DNA of 64,000 bases from Clostridia bacterium (lineage in GTDB: Bacteria; Bacillota; Clostridia; Christensenellales; CAG-138), in the NCBI GenBank assembly GCA_017428025.1, contig JAFRRO010000065.1, positions 2,621-66,620 of the forward strand, read 5' to 3'. Shown piece after piece: positions 17,994-29,747 of the stretch. The notes under the pieces were generated by a model, which saw only the letters and a program-made list of their open reading frames with translations, searched no databases and was not told the origin of the DNA. The first letter of the stretch is position 1. The number at the start of each line of letters is the position of its first letter. Position numbers and translations under genes: made by a program.

Positions 17994-19497
17994 CATCCGA
18001 TTCGGTTTCGGGCGTATCCAGGACGTATTTCAGCACGCTGTCGACGCCGTTGAGATAATCGTCCCACGTCTCATCGACAAGGACCTCCGGCATCAGCGGA
18101 CCGTCGCCGTATTCCGGCCAGTAATCCGCGTAGGTCCGCGAGCATTTGAACAGAATGCCGGAGTTCGGGAGTTCGTACACCCTTCCGTAGAAAAAGCGTA
18201 CCGGCTGTCCGCCCGGCGTTCCGACCATCTGCACGCGATCCGCGCGGCGGCACAGCATGCAGGGCAGCGCGATCGCGCCGGAATAGCTCTCATTATTGAT
18301 GAGTACATACACCTGTACGCCGGTCCCGTTCAGACAGTCCACCATCTTCAGATAGTTTCCGCCCAGATCCGGATACCCGCCCGGATTGCCGCGAACGTCA
18401 ATGATGACCTTCTTCAGCTTTCCCGTCGCCTTCGCCTGCTCGAACGCATCGTCGAGCATCATGCCGAAGGCGTCGTCCGCGTTGCATTGGTTGATCCTGA
18501 GATACAGCGCTTCTCCGTCCTGAAGCAGGCGGTACCACGCGGCAACGGTCCGGTCGGATTCCGCCAGACGGATGTCGGCGTCGCCCGCCGAAGCCTCCGG
18601 CCGATAAAACTGCAGAGATGCGTTGAATCCCTCCGTCAGCGATTCGATCTCAACCTCCGACCGTTCTCCGTCGCGGGAAAGCACCGTCAGACGGACCGTA
18701 TTTTTGGCGTCCATGACGCCGATATAGCGCAGTATCGCGCAGCTCATCAGGGTGCAGTTGCGGTATCCGGTCACCGTCGAGTCGAGCGCCGTATCCGTTT
18801 CGTAATGGATGATCGCTTTCAGCTTCTCCCGCATTTCCGCAAGGGTGAAGCCGTTGATCGCAATGAGCCGCCTGCCCAACAGCTGTTCCGCGTATTCCTT
18901 TTTGCAGGCGTCGATCACGCAGGCAAGCCCGTCTTCCGACTGAATCGGCATCACGAGGAACGGCAGGTTCTCACGCTCGGCCGCTTCGGTCATTCCGACA
19001 TACGCATGCAGGTCCTTCAGCAGCGCCGCGGCTTCCCAGATGCCGAACACGATCTCGTCGTCCGTTCTTTCGGGGATCGACAGAATGAGTTCATTGATCT
19101 TTTCGATGAACCGCGCCTTGAGCGCCGGATCGAAGAACTTTTGGCTGCCGCTCGACGGGAGCCGGAGCATCAGCGAATCATAGACGGCGGTCGTCTGGAT
19201 CCGGTCCGTAATGAGGGCGTGACCGTGGTACGGATCGAGGTATGTGTCCGCAAAGAAAACGACGTCCTCCTCCCATTTCCGGTCGCGCTCTTCCGTCATG
19301 ATGTAGGTGTACGGCTTGCGGGCGTCGACATACGGCGGCTCTTTCGCCGGTTCCCCGGTCGGCTCCAGCGTCGGTTCGGGCGTTTGCGGCACGGCGGTCG
19401 GCGCGGGCGTTTCCGTCTCGGCGGTCTGCTGCGGTGTGATGCAGCCGATCGGCAGCAGCATCAGCACGAGCAGAACAATGACGATCCGTTTCATCAT
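17977..19497 (-). CDS. S41-like peptidase-domain lipoprotein, paralog B
   Basis: Start at ATG 19497 with the same MMKRIVIVLLVLMLLPIGC lipobox. Blocks KVIIDVRGNPGGYPD and VLINNESYSGAIALP. Confidence 0.7.
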   Translation of the reverse strand: MMKRIVIVLLVLMLLPIGCITPQQTAETETPAPTAVPQTPEPTLEPTGEPAKEPPYVDARKPYTYIMTEERDRKWEEDVVFFADTYLDPYHGHALITDRIQTTAVYDSLMLRLPSSGSQKFFDPALKARFIEKINELILSIPERTDDEIVFGIWEAAALLKDLHAYVGMTEAAERENLPFLVMPIQSEDGLACVIDACKKEYAEQLLGRRLIAINGFTLAEMREKLKAIIHYETDTALDSTVTGYRNCTLMSCAILRYIGVMDAKNTVRLTVLSRDGERSEVEIESLTEGFNASLQFYRPEASAGDADIRLAESDRTVAAWYRLLQDGEALYLRINQCNADDAFGMMLDDAFEQAKATGKLKKVIIDVRGNPGGYPDLGGNYLKMVDCLNGTGVQVYVLINNESYSGAIALPCMLCRRADRVQMVGTPGGQPVRFFYGRVYELPNSGILFKCSRTYADYWPEYGDGPLMPEVLVDETWDDYLNGVDSVLKYVLDTPETESDESPQP

Positions 19498-19576
19498 GCG
19501 CTCCTTTCTGATAGTCCGGTTTTTTCCGCTTTCAGTATACCATCGATGCGCGCGGTTGAAAAGGTCTGTTTTTCCC
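19393..19576 (-). repeat. near-identical 184-bp module, copy B
   Basis: See copy A (17746-17929). Confidence 0.9.
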
Positions 19577-19666
19577 ATTTGCGACTCCTTATTTCCGCAA
19601 TTTCGGCAAAATATGGCGCCCCCGTCCGAAGACTATTCGGCGGACGCCGATTTTTCAAATCGCCTG

Positions 19667-19695
19667 TTGCGGAATCGTCCCTTTTATGGTAAAAT
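19667..19695 (+). promoter_or_regulatory. sigma-70-type promoter
   Basis: TTGCGG, 17-nt spacer, TAAAAT, with TGG immediately upstream (extended -10). Confidence 0.5.
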
Positions 19696-19717
19696 CAAGT
19701 ATCTATGGAGGTGGCAA

Positions 19718-20254
19718 ATGCCCTATTTTACCCACGGAGAAACCAAATACAAACTGATCATCCTGTACATCGCCGAACGCGCGGGCGCGCTGCTTTCGGG
19801 CGATCAGCTGTACCGCACCGCGATCCTCAACAGCGGGATGGATTATTTCACCTTCTGGAACGTGATCGGCGAGCTCGAGGAGGACGGCATGCTGGCGGCG
19901 GTGAAAAAGCTCTACGGCGACTGCTACGGCATCACCGACGCCGGACGCGACGCGCTCTCCATGTTCGAAAAGACCGTTCCGGAGAACGAGCGCAGAAAGC
20001 TCGACGCGTATCTGGATGAAAACCGCGCGGCGTTTGCGCGCGAGACGCAGCTTTCAAGCCGCATCGAAAAGCGGCCGAACGGCGTAACGCTGCACCTTTA
20101 CGTGTCCGAGCGCGACCGTGCGATCTTTTCCGTCTCGCTCGACACTGCAAGCGAGGAACAGGCGATCGAGATGCGCAGCCGCTGGGACGACTGCAGCGAA
20201 TCAATCTACAACTACGTCTGGGACGCCCTGCTGAACCGGCAGGATGTGAAATGA
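19718..20254 (+). CDS. hypothetical protein, PadR-like winged-helix (possibly DUF4364 family)
   Basis: Start at ATG 19718 (MPYFTHGETKYKLIILYIAE) after GGAGGTG. The family name is from memory of similar Clostridia proteins and is not verified. Confidence 0.55.
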   Translation: MPYFTHGETKYKLIILYIAERAGALLSGDQLYRTAILNSGMDYFTFWNVIGELEEDGMLAAVKKLYGDCYGITDAGRDALSMFEKTVPENERRKLDAYLDENRAAFARETQLSSRIEKRPNGVTLHLYVSERDRAIFSVSLDTASEEQAIEMRSRWDDCSESIYNYVWDALLNRQDVK

Positions 20255-20261
20255 GGTGCGT

Positions 20262-22490
20262 ATGAATCTCAGTCTTCTGAACCCGCAGCAGCGGGAAGCC
20301 GTGACGACGACCGAAGGACCGCTTCTGATCCTCGCCGGCGCAGGCAGCGGCAAGACGCGCGTGCTGACGCACCGCATCGCCTATCTGATCGAGGAAAAGG
20401 GCGTGCCGCCGTATCGCATTCTGGCGCTGACCTTCACGAACAAAGCCGCAAAGGAGATGCGCGAGCGCGTGGATGCGCTCGTTTCGACCGACGCGCACGC
20501 GATCTGGGTTGCGACGTTCCACGGGTTCTGCGCAAGGCTTCTCTCGATGGAGATTGACCGGCTCGGCTACGGCAAAACGTTCATCATCTACGACGAGCAG
20601 GATCAGCAGTCGCTGATCGGGCACTGCATCAAGGACCTGAATCTCAACGACAAGGTCTATACCAAGCGCATGCTCGCGGAGATCTTTTCGCATGCGAAAA
20701 ACCACTCCCTTTCCCCGCTTGCGTTCCTGCGCGAGACCGGCCAGCCGTCGCAGGTGCTCGAGGCGTTCAAGCTCTATGAAAAGCGCCTGAAGGACGCGAA
20801 CGCGCTCGACTTCGACGATCTGCTGCTGTGCACGATCCGGCTGTTCGAGACGTGTCCCGACGTGCTCGAAAAATACCGCGACCGCTTCCGCTACATCCTC
20901 GTCGACGAATATCAGGACACGAACCTTGCCCAGTATCACATCGTGAATCTGCTTGCGAAGGTGCATAAGAATCTCTGCGTGGTCGGCGACGACGACCAGA
21001 GCATCTATGCGTGGCGCGGCGCGGACATCCGCAACATCCTCGAGTTCGAGAAGGACTTCGAAGGCTGCAGGGTGATCCGCCTCGAGCAGAACTACCGTTC
21101 GACCGAGCGCATCCTGGACGCGGCGAACGCGGTCATTCAGAACAACAAGGGACGCAAGGAAAAGAAGCTCTGGACCGCCGACAAGGGCGGCGAACCGATC
21201 GACGTGCACGAGGCGAACGACGAGCGCGACGAGGCGTACTACATCTGCTCGCGCATCGCGAACGCGGCGCGGCTCGGCGCGCGCTACGACGACTTTGCGA
21301 TTCTCTACCGCACGCATGCGCAAAGCCGCGTCCTTGAAATGATGCTCAAAAGCTTCCTGATCCCCTACCGTGTGTACGGCGGCGTGTCGTTCTTCTCGCG
21401 CGCGGAGGTCAAGGACATCCTCGCGTATCTCCGGCTGATTCTGAACCCGGCGGACGACGAGGCGTTCCTGCGCGCGGTCAATCTGCCGCCGCGCGGCATC
21501 GGCGCAAAGAGCATCGTCGATCTCGTCAACAACGCGCATGCGCGAAACATCCCGTTCATGAGCGCGGCAATCGACTCGCAGGACCTGCCTGCAAGAACCG
21601 CGGCAAAGTTCTTCCCGTTCCTCGATCTGTTTCAGGGACTGTACGAAAAGTTCGATTCGATGCCGCTTGCGGACTTTACGCGGACGCTGCTCGATACGAT
21701 CAGATACGACGCGTATCTGCGCGACGACAAAAAAGAAAACTACGAATCCCGCGCGGAGACCGTCGAGGAATTCATCGGCTACATCGAGGAGTTCGAGCGC
21801 GGCTACACGGCGAACGACGGCAACGTGCTGCAGGCGTTTCTGACGAACGTCGCCCTGTTCTCGCAGGCGGACAACGTCGACGAGACGAACGGCTGCGTGA
21901 ACCTGATGACGCTGCACGCGGCGAAGGGACTGGAGTTCCCGAACGTGTTCCTCTGCGGGCTCGAGGAAGGGCTGTTCCCCTCCGGACAGTCGAGCTACGA
22001 CGACGACAAGCTCGAGGAGGAGCGCCGTCTCTGCTATGTCGGCGTGACACGCGCCAAGAAGCGGCTGTTCCTCTCCTACGCCAGGGAGCGCACGCTCTAC
22101 GGACGCACGGAACCGGCGCTGCCCTCGCGGTTTCTGACCGAAATGGGCGACGCGATCCGGCTGCCGAACGCGCCGAAACCGCGCGCCGCGGCGTCGCAGT
22201 ACCGGTACGAAACGCCCGCGCGCTCGTCGTTCTTCACCGCGGCGATCCCGGCAAGGCGCAAGGAACCCGCCGCCGCGGACGTCGGCACCCGACCGGAGCC
22301 GGTCAAGACCGCCGCAAAGACATTTTCCGGCAAGGTCGGCGACCGCGTACGGCACAAGGTATTCGGCGACGGCGTGATCCTCGGCACCGACGGCGGCGGC
22401 GCGTCGATGATCGTGCAGATCCGGTTCGACAACGGCGCCGTGAAAAAACTGGCGGCAGGCTTCGCCCCGCTCGAAATTCTGGAGAAATGA
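20262..22490 (+). CDS. pcrA: ATP-dependent DNA helicase PcrA (UvrD family)
   Basis: LNPQQREAV, Walker A AGAGSGKTRVLTHR, VDEYQDTN, TLHAAKGLEF. Confidence 0.9.
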   Translation: MNLSLLNPQQREAVTTTEGPLLILAGAGSGKTRVLTHRIAYLIEEKGVPPYRILALTFTNKAAKEMRERVDALVSTDAHAIWVATFHGFCARLLSMEIDRLGYGKTFIIYDEQDQQSLIGHCIKDLNLNDKVYTKRMLAEIFSHAKNHSLSPLAFLRETGQPSQVLEAFKLYEKRLKDANALDFDDLLLCTIRLFETCPDVLEKYRDRFRYILVDEYQDTNLAQYHIVNLLAKVHKNLCVVGDDDQSIYAWRGADIRNILEFEKDFEGCRVIRLEQNYRSTERILDAANAVIQNNKGRKEKKLWTADKGGEPIDVHEANDERDEAYYICSRIANAARLGARYDDFAILYRTHAQSRVLEMMLKSFLIPYRVYGGVSFFSRAEVKDILAYLRLILNPADDEAFLRAVNLPPRGIGAKSIVDLVNNAHARNIPFMSAAIDSQDLPARTAAKFFPFLDLFQGLYEKFDSMPLADFTRTLLDTIRYDAYLRDDKKENYESRAETVEEFIGYIEEFERGYTANDGNVLQAFLTNVALFSQADNVDETNGCVNLMTLHAAKGLEFPNVFLCGLEEGLFPSGQSSYDDDKLEEERRLCYVGVTRAKKRLFLSYARERTLYGRTEPALPSRFLTEMGDAIRLPNAPKPRAAASQYRYETPARSSFFTAAIPARRKEPAAADVGTRPEPVKTAAKTFSGKVGDRVRHKVFGDGVILGTDGGGASMIVQIRFDNGAVKKLAAGFAPLEILEK

Positions 22491-22491
22491 C

Positions 22492-24444
22492 ATGGACCGA
22501 CAGACCGAACTCGTACAGCTTTTGAACCGCTACGCGGCGGCGTACTATGAACAGGACGCCCCGCTCGTTTCCGACGCCGAATACGACGCGCTCTACGACG
22601 AACTGCAAAAACTCGAGGCGGAATCCGGCGTCGTGCTGCCGGACAGCCCCACGCTGCGCGTCGGCGGCGCGCCGCAGAAGAGCTTTGCGCAGCATACGCA
22701 TCTCGGCAGGCTCTGGAGCCTCGACAAGGTCCGCACGCCCGAAGCGCTCGCGGACTTCATCCGCAAGGTTACGGCAGCCTCCCCCGTGCCGCCGCTGTTC
22801 GGACTCGAATACAAGTTCGACGGACTGACCGTGAACCTCACCTACGAAAACGGCGTGCTCGTTCAGGGCGCGACGCGCGGCAACGGCGTCGTCGGCGAAG
22901 CGATCCTGCCGCAGATCCGCACGATCCGCTCGGTGCCGCTCACGATCCCGTTCAAAGGACGCATGGAGGTGCAGGGCGAATGCATCATGAAGCTTTCCGT
23001 GCTCGAAGCGTACAACCGCACCGCGACGGAACCGCTGAAAAACGCGCGCAACGCCGCGGCGGGCGCTCTCAGAAACCTCGATCCCGCGGTGACCGCGGCA
23101 AGAAAGCTCGACGTCATCTGCTACAACGTCGGCTACATCGAGGGCAAAGAACTGCACGATCAGCAGGAAATGCTCTCATTCCTGAAAGAAAACGGTCTGC
23201 CCGTCAGCCCGTTTACGAAATACCTCAGAACCGCCGAGGAGATCCTTTCGGAGATCGACGAGGCGGCAAAGCGCCGCGATACGCTCGACTTTCTCATCGA
23301 CGGCATGGTGGTCAAGGTCACGGACTTTGCGCTGCGTGAGAGTCTCGGCGCGACCGAGAAGTTCCCGCGGTGGGCGATGGCGTACAAATTCGCCGCCGAG
23401 GAGCTGACCGCGACCGTCAGCGACGTGACGTGGGAGGTCGGCAGGACCGGCAAGCTCACGCCGCTTGCGCACATCGAACCCGTGGAGTTTTCTGGCGTGA
23501 CGGTCAAAAAAGCGACGCTGAACAACTGGGACGACGTACAGAGAAAGCGCGTCGGCATCGGCTCGCGCGTGTTCATCCGCCGGAGCAACGACGTGATTCC
23601 GGAAATTTTGGGCGCGGTGCCGGACGACGTTCCCCTGCGTCCCGTCGAAAAGCCGACCGTGTGTCCGCAGTGCGGCGCGCACGTCGAGATGCGCGGCGCG
23701 CACCTCTACTGCACCAACTCCCTCTCCTGCCGTCCGCAGATCGCGGCGCGGCTCGAGCATTACGCCTCGCGCGACGCAATGGACATCGACACGTTTGCGG
23801 GCAAGACCGCCGAACAGCTGATCGACGCGTTCGGCATCACGACGATTCCGGAGCTTTACGCGCTCTCGCACGAGCAGCTTGCCGCGCTCGACCGGTTCGG
23901 GCACAAAAAGGCGCAGAACCTTCTGGACGCTTTGGAGGCGAGCAAGCACCGTCCGCTTTCCGCGTTCCTCTACGCGCTCGGCATCCCGAACGTCGGCACG
24001 AAGACGGCGCGCGATCTCGCAAACACCTTCGGCACGCTCGACGCGGTGCGGCAGGCAGACGAAGAAGCGCTGAACGCGATCGACGACGTCGGCGAAGTCG
24101 TGGCAAAGGACGTCTTTACCTTCTTCCGCGATCCGCGCATCGCCGCGCAGATCGACCTGCTGCTCGAACGCGGCGTACAGCCTGAGGAGGTGCAAAAGCC
24201 TGCGGGCGACAATCTGCCGCTTTCGGGCATGACGGTCGTCATCACGGGAACGCTCGCGACGCTCTCGCGCCGCGATGCGGAAGCGCTGGTCGAACAAAAC
24301 GGCGGCAAGGCGGCGGGCAGCGTGTCCAAAAAGACCTCGTTCGTGGTCGTCGGCGAAAGCGCCGGCAGCAAGGCGGACAAGGCGAAAGCGCTCGGCATCC
24401 CGATGCTTTCCGAAACGGAATTTTTAGAGAAATTAGGCAAATGA
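22492..24444 (+). CDS. ligA: NAD-dependent DNA ligase
   Basis: Adenylation motif EYKFDGLTV, zinc-finger block CPQCGAHVEMRGAHLYCTN, C-terminal BRCT (GMTVVITGTL). Confidence 0.95.
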   Translation: MDRQTELVQLLNRYAAAYYEQDAPLVSDAEYDALYDELQKLEAESGVVLPDSPTLRVGGAPQKSFAQHTHLGRLWSLDKVRTPEALADFIRKVTAASPVPPLFGLEYKFDGLTVNLTYENGVLVQGATRGNGVVGEAILPQIRTIRSVPLTIPFKGRMEVQGECIMKLSVLEAYNRTATEPLKNARNAAAGALRNLDPAVTAARKLDVICYNVGYIEGKELHDQQEMLSFLKENGLPVSPFTKYLRTAEEILSEIDEAAKRRDTLDFLIDGMVVKVTDFALRESLGATEKFPRWAMAYKFAAEELTATVSDVTWEVGRTGKLTPLAHIEPVEFSGVTVKKATLNNWDDVQRKRVGIGSRVFIRRSNDVIPEILGAVPDDVPLRPVEKPTVCPQCGAHVEMRGAHLYCTNSLSCRPQIAARLEHYASRDAMDIDTFAGKTAEQLIDAFGITTIPELYALSHEQLAALDRFGHKKAQNLLDALEASKHRPLSAFLYALGIPNVGTKTARDLANTFGTLDAVRQADEEALNAIDDVGEVVAKDVFTFFRDPRIAAQIDLLLERGVQPEEVQKPAGDNLPLSGMTVVITGTLATLSRRDAEALVEQNGGKAAGSVSKKTSFVVVGESAGSKADKAKALGIPMLSETEFLEKLGK

Positions 24445-25406
24445 AACTCGGCAAACTGGAAAATGACGCCCTCGAACGGCTGATCCTCCGGAAATTTCAC
24501 GCAACGCGCAAAGAATCCTTCGGCGCGCCGCGCATCGGCATGGACTGCGCGATGCTCGATTTCGGAGACGAATACATTGTGACAAGCTGCGATCCCATCA
24601 CCTCCGCCGACTGGAATCACATCGGCGCGCTTTCCGTGCACGTCAACTGCAACGACGCGGCGGCGGGTGGCGCGGAGCCGGTCGGGCTTCTGGTCACGCT
24701 GCTTCTGCCGCCGTCCGCGACGGAGGAGATGATCGACCGCATTGCGGACGATCTCGAAGCGGCGGCGCGCGCGGCAAACGTGGACATTCTCGGCGGGCAT
24801 ACCGAGGTCACGGACGCCGTGACGCGCGTTGTGACCTGCACGACGGTGCTTGCAAAGACGCCGCGCAAAGCGGTACTTTGCGGCGCAAAGCCGGGCGACG
24901 CGATCGTGATGACCAAATGGGCGGGACTCGAGGGCACGATGCTGCTTGCGACCGATTTTGCGGACCGGCTCACGGACGTCCCCGCCTCCCTGCTCGCTTC
25001 GGCGCAGGGCTTTTCGCAGTATCTTTCCGTCGTGCCCGAAAGCCGTATCGCCCTTCAAAACGGCGCGCACGCAATGCACGACGTCACCGAGGGCGGCGTG
25101 CTCGGCGCGATCTGGGAGCTTGCCGCGCAGACGCAATGCGGCGCGGTTGCGGATCGGAACGCGATCCCCGTGCGCGAGGAAACGCGGGCGGTCTGCGCCC
25201 CGTTCGGGATCGATCCGTACCGGCTGATCGCCAGCGGTTCGATGCTGATCGCCTGTCCCGACGGCGAACGGATGTGCCGCGCGCTCGAAGCTGCGGGCAT
25301 TCCCTCGGCGGTCATCGGACGCATCACGGACGCCGGTTTCCGGTTTTCGGACGGTTCCCCGCTCGATCCGCCCGGCGCGGACGAGCTTTACCGATTGTTT
25401 TCTTAA
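24441..25406 (+). CDS. AIR synthase-related (PurM/HypE/ThiL-fold) protein
   Basis: 321 aa with blocks DCAMLDFGDEYIVTSCDP, NDAAAGGAEP and ILGGHTEV. ATGA overlap with the ligA stop. Confidence 0.7.
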   Translation: MKLGKLENDALERLILRKFHATRKESFGAPRIGMDCAMLDFGDEYIVTSCDPITSADWNHIGALSVHVNCNDAAAGGAEPVGLLVTLLLPPSATEEMIDRIADDLEAAARAANVDILGGHTEVTDAVTRVVTCTTVLAKTPRKAVLCGAKPGDAIVMTKWAGLEGTMLLATDFADRLTDVPASLLASAQGFSQYLSVVPESRIALQNGAHAMHDVTEGGVLGAIWELAAQTQCGAVADRNAIPVREETRAVCAPFGIDPYRLIASGSMLIACPDGERMCRALEAAGIPSAVIGRITDAGFRFSDGSPLDPPGADELYRLFS

Positions 25407-25477
25407 GAAAATCCGCTTCCGGTCTTGTGTTTTGTGACCGGAATATGGTATACTGTGGATTTGCGGAGGAAGATTTC

Positions 25478-26353
25478 ATGAACAGCATGACCGGATACGG
25501 AAAGGGCACGGCTGCCCGCGACGGACGCGAACTGACCGTCGAACTCAAGAGCGTCAACCATCGGTTTCTCGATGTGTCGATGCGCTTGCCGCGCATTCTT
25601 TCGTGCATCGAAGATCCGCTCCGCGCCGCGATCGCAAAGCGGCTTGCCCGCGGACACGTCGACGTGTTTGTGAACTACCGCAACACGCGCAGCGACGCGA
25701 AGACCGTGCGCGTGGACGCGGTGCTGCTCAAGGCATATGTCTATGCCGCAGACGAAGCGAACGAAACGCTGCATCTGCCGAACGACCTGACGCTTTCAAA
25801 CGTCCTGCGTCTGCCGGACGTGACGGAGATCGTCCCCGCAGATGAGGATACCGACACGCTGATCGCGCTCGCGAAGGAAGCGACGAATCAGGCGCTCGAC
25901 GCGATGCTTGTAATGCGAAAAGCCGAGGGTGAACGGCTGAAGGCCGCGCTCGCTTCGGGCGTCAATCAGATGGACGCGTACCGGGAGCAGATTCTCTCTC
26001 GCGCGCCGTTTGTTGCGGAGGACTACCGCAGAAAGCTCAACGAGCGCATCGAAAGCGTTCTTTCGGACGCCGAGATCGACCGCGCAAGGCTTGCGACCGA
26101 GGTTGCGCTGTTTGCGGACCGCTGCTGCATCGACGAGGAACTGGTGCGGCTCAAGAGCCACATCACGCAGTTTCGCGCCTATCTCGAGGCGTCGGAGCCG
26201 GTCGGACGCAATATGGACTTTATCGTGCAGGAGATGAACCGCGAGTGCAACACGATCGGCAGCAAGGCGAACGACGCCGAGCTGACCAAGGCCGTTTTAG
26301 GCTGCAAGGCGGAGATCGAAAAGCTGCGCGAGCAGATACAGAACGTGGAGTAA
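25478..26353 (+). CDS. YicC/YloC-family stress-induced protein
   Basis: Start at ATG 25478 ([10 protein letters not shown]...[11 protein letters not shown]). C-terminal block [20 protein letters not shown]. Confidence 0.85.
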   Translation: MNSMTGYGKGTAARDGRELTVELKSVNHRFLDVSMRLPRILSCIEDPLRAAIAKRLARGHVDVFVNYRNTRSDAKTVRVDAVLLKAYVYAADEANETLHLPNDLTLSNVLRLPDVTEIVPADEDTDTLIALAKEATNQALDAMLVMRKAEGERLKAALASGVNQMDAYREQILSRAPFVAEDYRRKLNERIESVLSDAEIDRARLATEVALFADRCCIDEELVRLKSHITQFRAYLEASEPVGRNMDFIVQEMNRECNTIGSKANDAELTKAVLGCKAEIEKLREQIQNVE

Positions 26354-26357
26354 GCGC

Positions 26358-26618
26358 ATGAAGAATCTGGAACTGGTCTCGATCGGCTTCGGCAACATCG
26401 TCTCGGCGGCGCGCATCGTCGCCGTGATCGGTCCGGAATCCGCGCCCGTCAAGCGCATCGTGCAGGACGCGCGCGAACACAGGCTTTTGATCGACGCAAG
26501 CTGCGGCAGAAAAACCCGCGCGGTTCTGATGATGGACAGCGGCCACGTCGTGCTCTCCGCGCTGCAGACGGAAACCATCGCGCGAAGGCTTTGCGCCGAT
26601 TATCGCGCGGAAGGATAA
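26358..26618 (+). CDS. remA: RemA/YlzA (DUF370) regulator
   Basis: 86 aa: [33 protein letters not shown]...[18 protein letters not shown]. Confidence 0.85.
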   Translation: MKNLELVSIGFGNIVSAARIVAVIGPESAPVKRIVQDAREHRLLIDASCGRKTRAVLMMDSGHVVLSALQTETIARRLCADYRAEG

Positions 26619-26627
26619 GGAGCGTTT

Positions 26628-27254
26628 ATGGCAAGAAAGAAAAAGGGATTGTTGATCGTCGTCTCCGGTCCCGCAGGCGTCGGCAAGGGAACCGTCAACG
26701 CGGCGCTGATGCAGAAGCATCCGGAGATCAGAATGTCCGTGTCCGTCACGACGCGCGCGCCGCGTCCCGGCGAAATCGAGGGCGTGCACTACTTCTTCCG
26801 CACCAAGGAGGAGTTCGACCGCATGATCGATGAGGATGCGTTCCTCGAGTATATGCACGTGTTCGGCATGAACTACTACGGCACGCCGAAGGCGTTCGTC
26901 GAAACGGAGCGGAACAAGGGCAACCACGTGATCCTCGAGATCGACGTGCAGGGCGCGATGAAGGTCAAATCCCGTTGCCCCGACGCGGTGCTCGTGTTCA
27001 TCGCTCCCCCGTCGCTTAAGGTTCTCAAGGACCGGCTCGTGGGGCGCGGCACCGAGACGCAGGAATCGATCGACGTACGCACCGCAACGGCGCTCGAAGA
27101 ACTCAAAAAACTGCCCGACTACGACTACATGGTCATCAACGACGTCGTGGAAGAGGCGGTTGCGGATATGGAAGCAATCCTTTCGGCGGAACTCAACCGC
27201 ACGGCAAGGAATCAGACATTGATTACGAAACTGACAGGAGGCGAAACGATATGA
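26628..27254 (+). CDS. gmk: guanylate kinase
   Basis: GPAGVGKGT P-loop, SVTTRAPRPGEIEGVHYFF. Confidence 0.95.
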   Translation: MARKKKGLLIVVSGPAGVGKGTVNAALMQKHPEIRMSVSVTTRAPRPGEIEGVHYFFRTKEEFDRMIDEDAFLEYMHVFGMNYYGTPKAFVETERNKGNHVILEIDVQGAMKVKSRCPDAVLVFIAPPSLKVLKDRLVGRGTETQESIDVRTATALEELKKLPDYDYMVINDVVEEAVADMEAILSAELNRTARNQTLITKLTGGETI

Positions 27255-27445
27255 TGAATTATCCTTCTCTGAACGAGTTGGTCCAGAAGGCGGGCTGCCG
27301 CTATCTTCTGGTGACCGCGGTCGCCAACCGCGCGCGTCAGCTGCAGGATCATCCCGAGAAGCTCGGCTCCAACAAGCCGGTCTCCATGGCTGTGGATGAA
27401 CTGTATCATGACAAACTGGTTCTGAACGCACCGAAAGAGGGCTGA
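27251..27445 (+). CDS. rpoZ: DNA-directed RNA polymerase subunit omega
   Basis: 64 aa with block RYLLVTAVANRARQL. Conserved position after gmk. Confidence 0.85.
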   Translation: MMNYPSLNELVQKAGCRYLLVTAVANRARQLQDHPEKLGSNKPVSMAVDELYHDKLVLNAPKEG

Positions 27446-27458
27446 ACCGATCTTCTTT

Positions 27459-27490
27459 TGCCCGTTGCGTTCGCGTAACGGGCATTTTTT
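27459..27490 (+). terminator. rho-independent terminator after rpoZ
   Basis: TGCCCGTT-gcgttcgcgt-AACGGGCA followed by TTTTTT. Confidence 0.75.
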
Positions 27491-27508
27491 CTGAATACGG
27501 AGAAACAC

Positions 27509-29746
<2,238 letters not shown>

Positions 29747-29747
29747 T

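Noticed and set aside
17554-19692. 712-aa plus-strand ORF
   Set aside because: It is antisense to S41-like paralog B and to part of paralog A. The repeated N-terminal-like segments are merely the duplicated 184-bp module read backwards.
19932-22493. 853-aa minus-strand ORF
   Set aside because: It is antisense to pcrA, which has all the helicase motifs.
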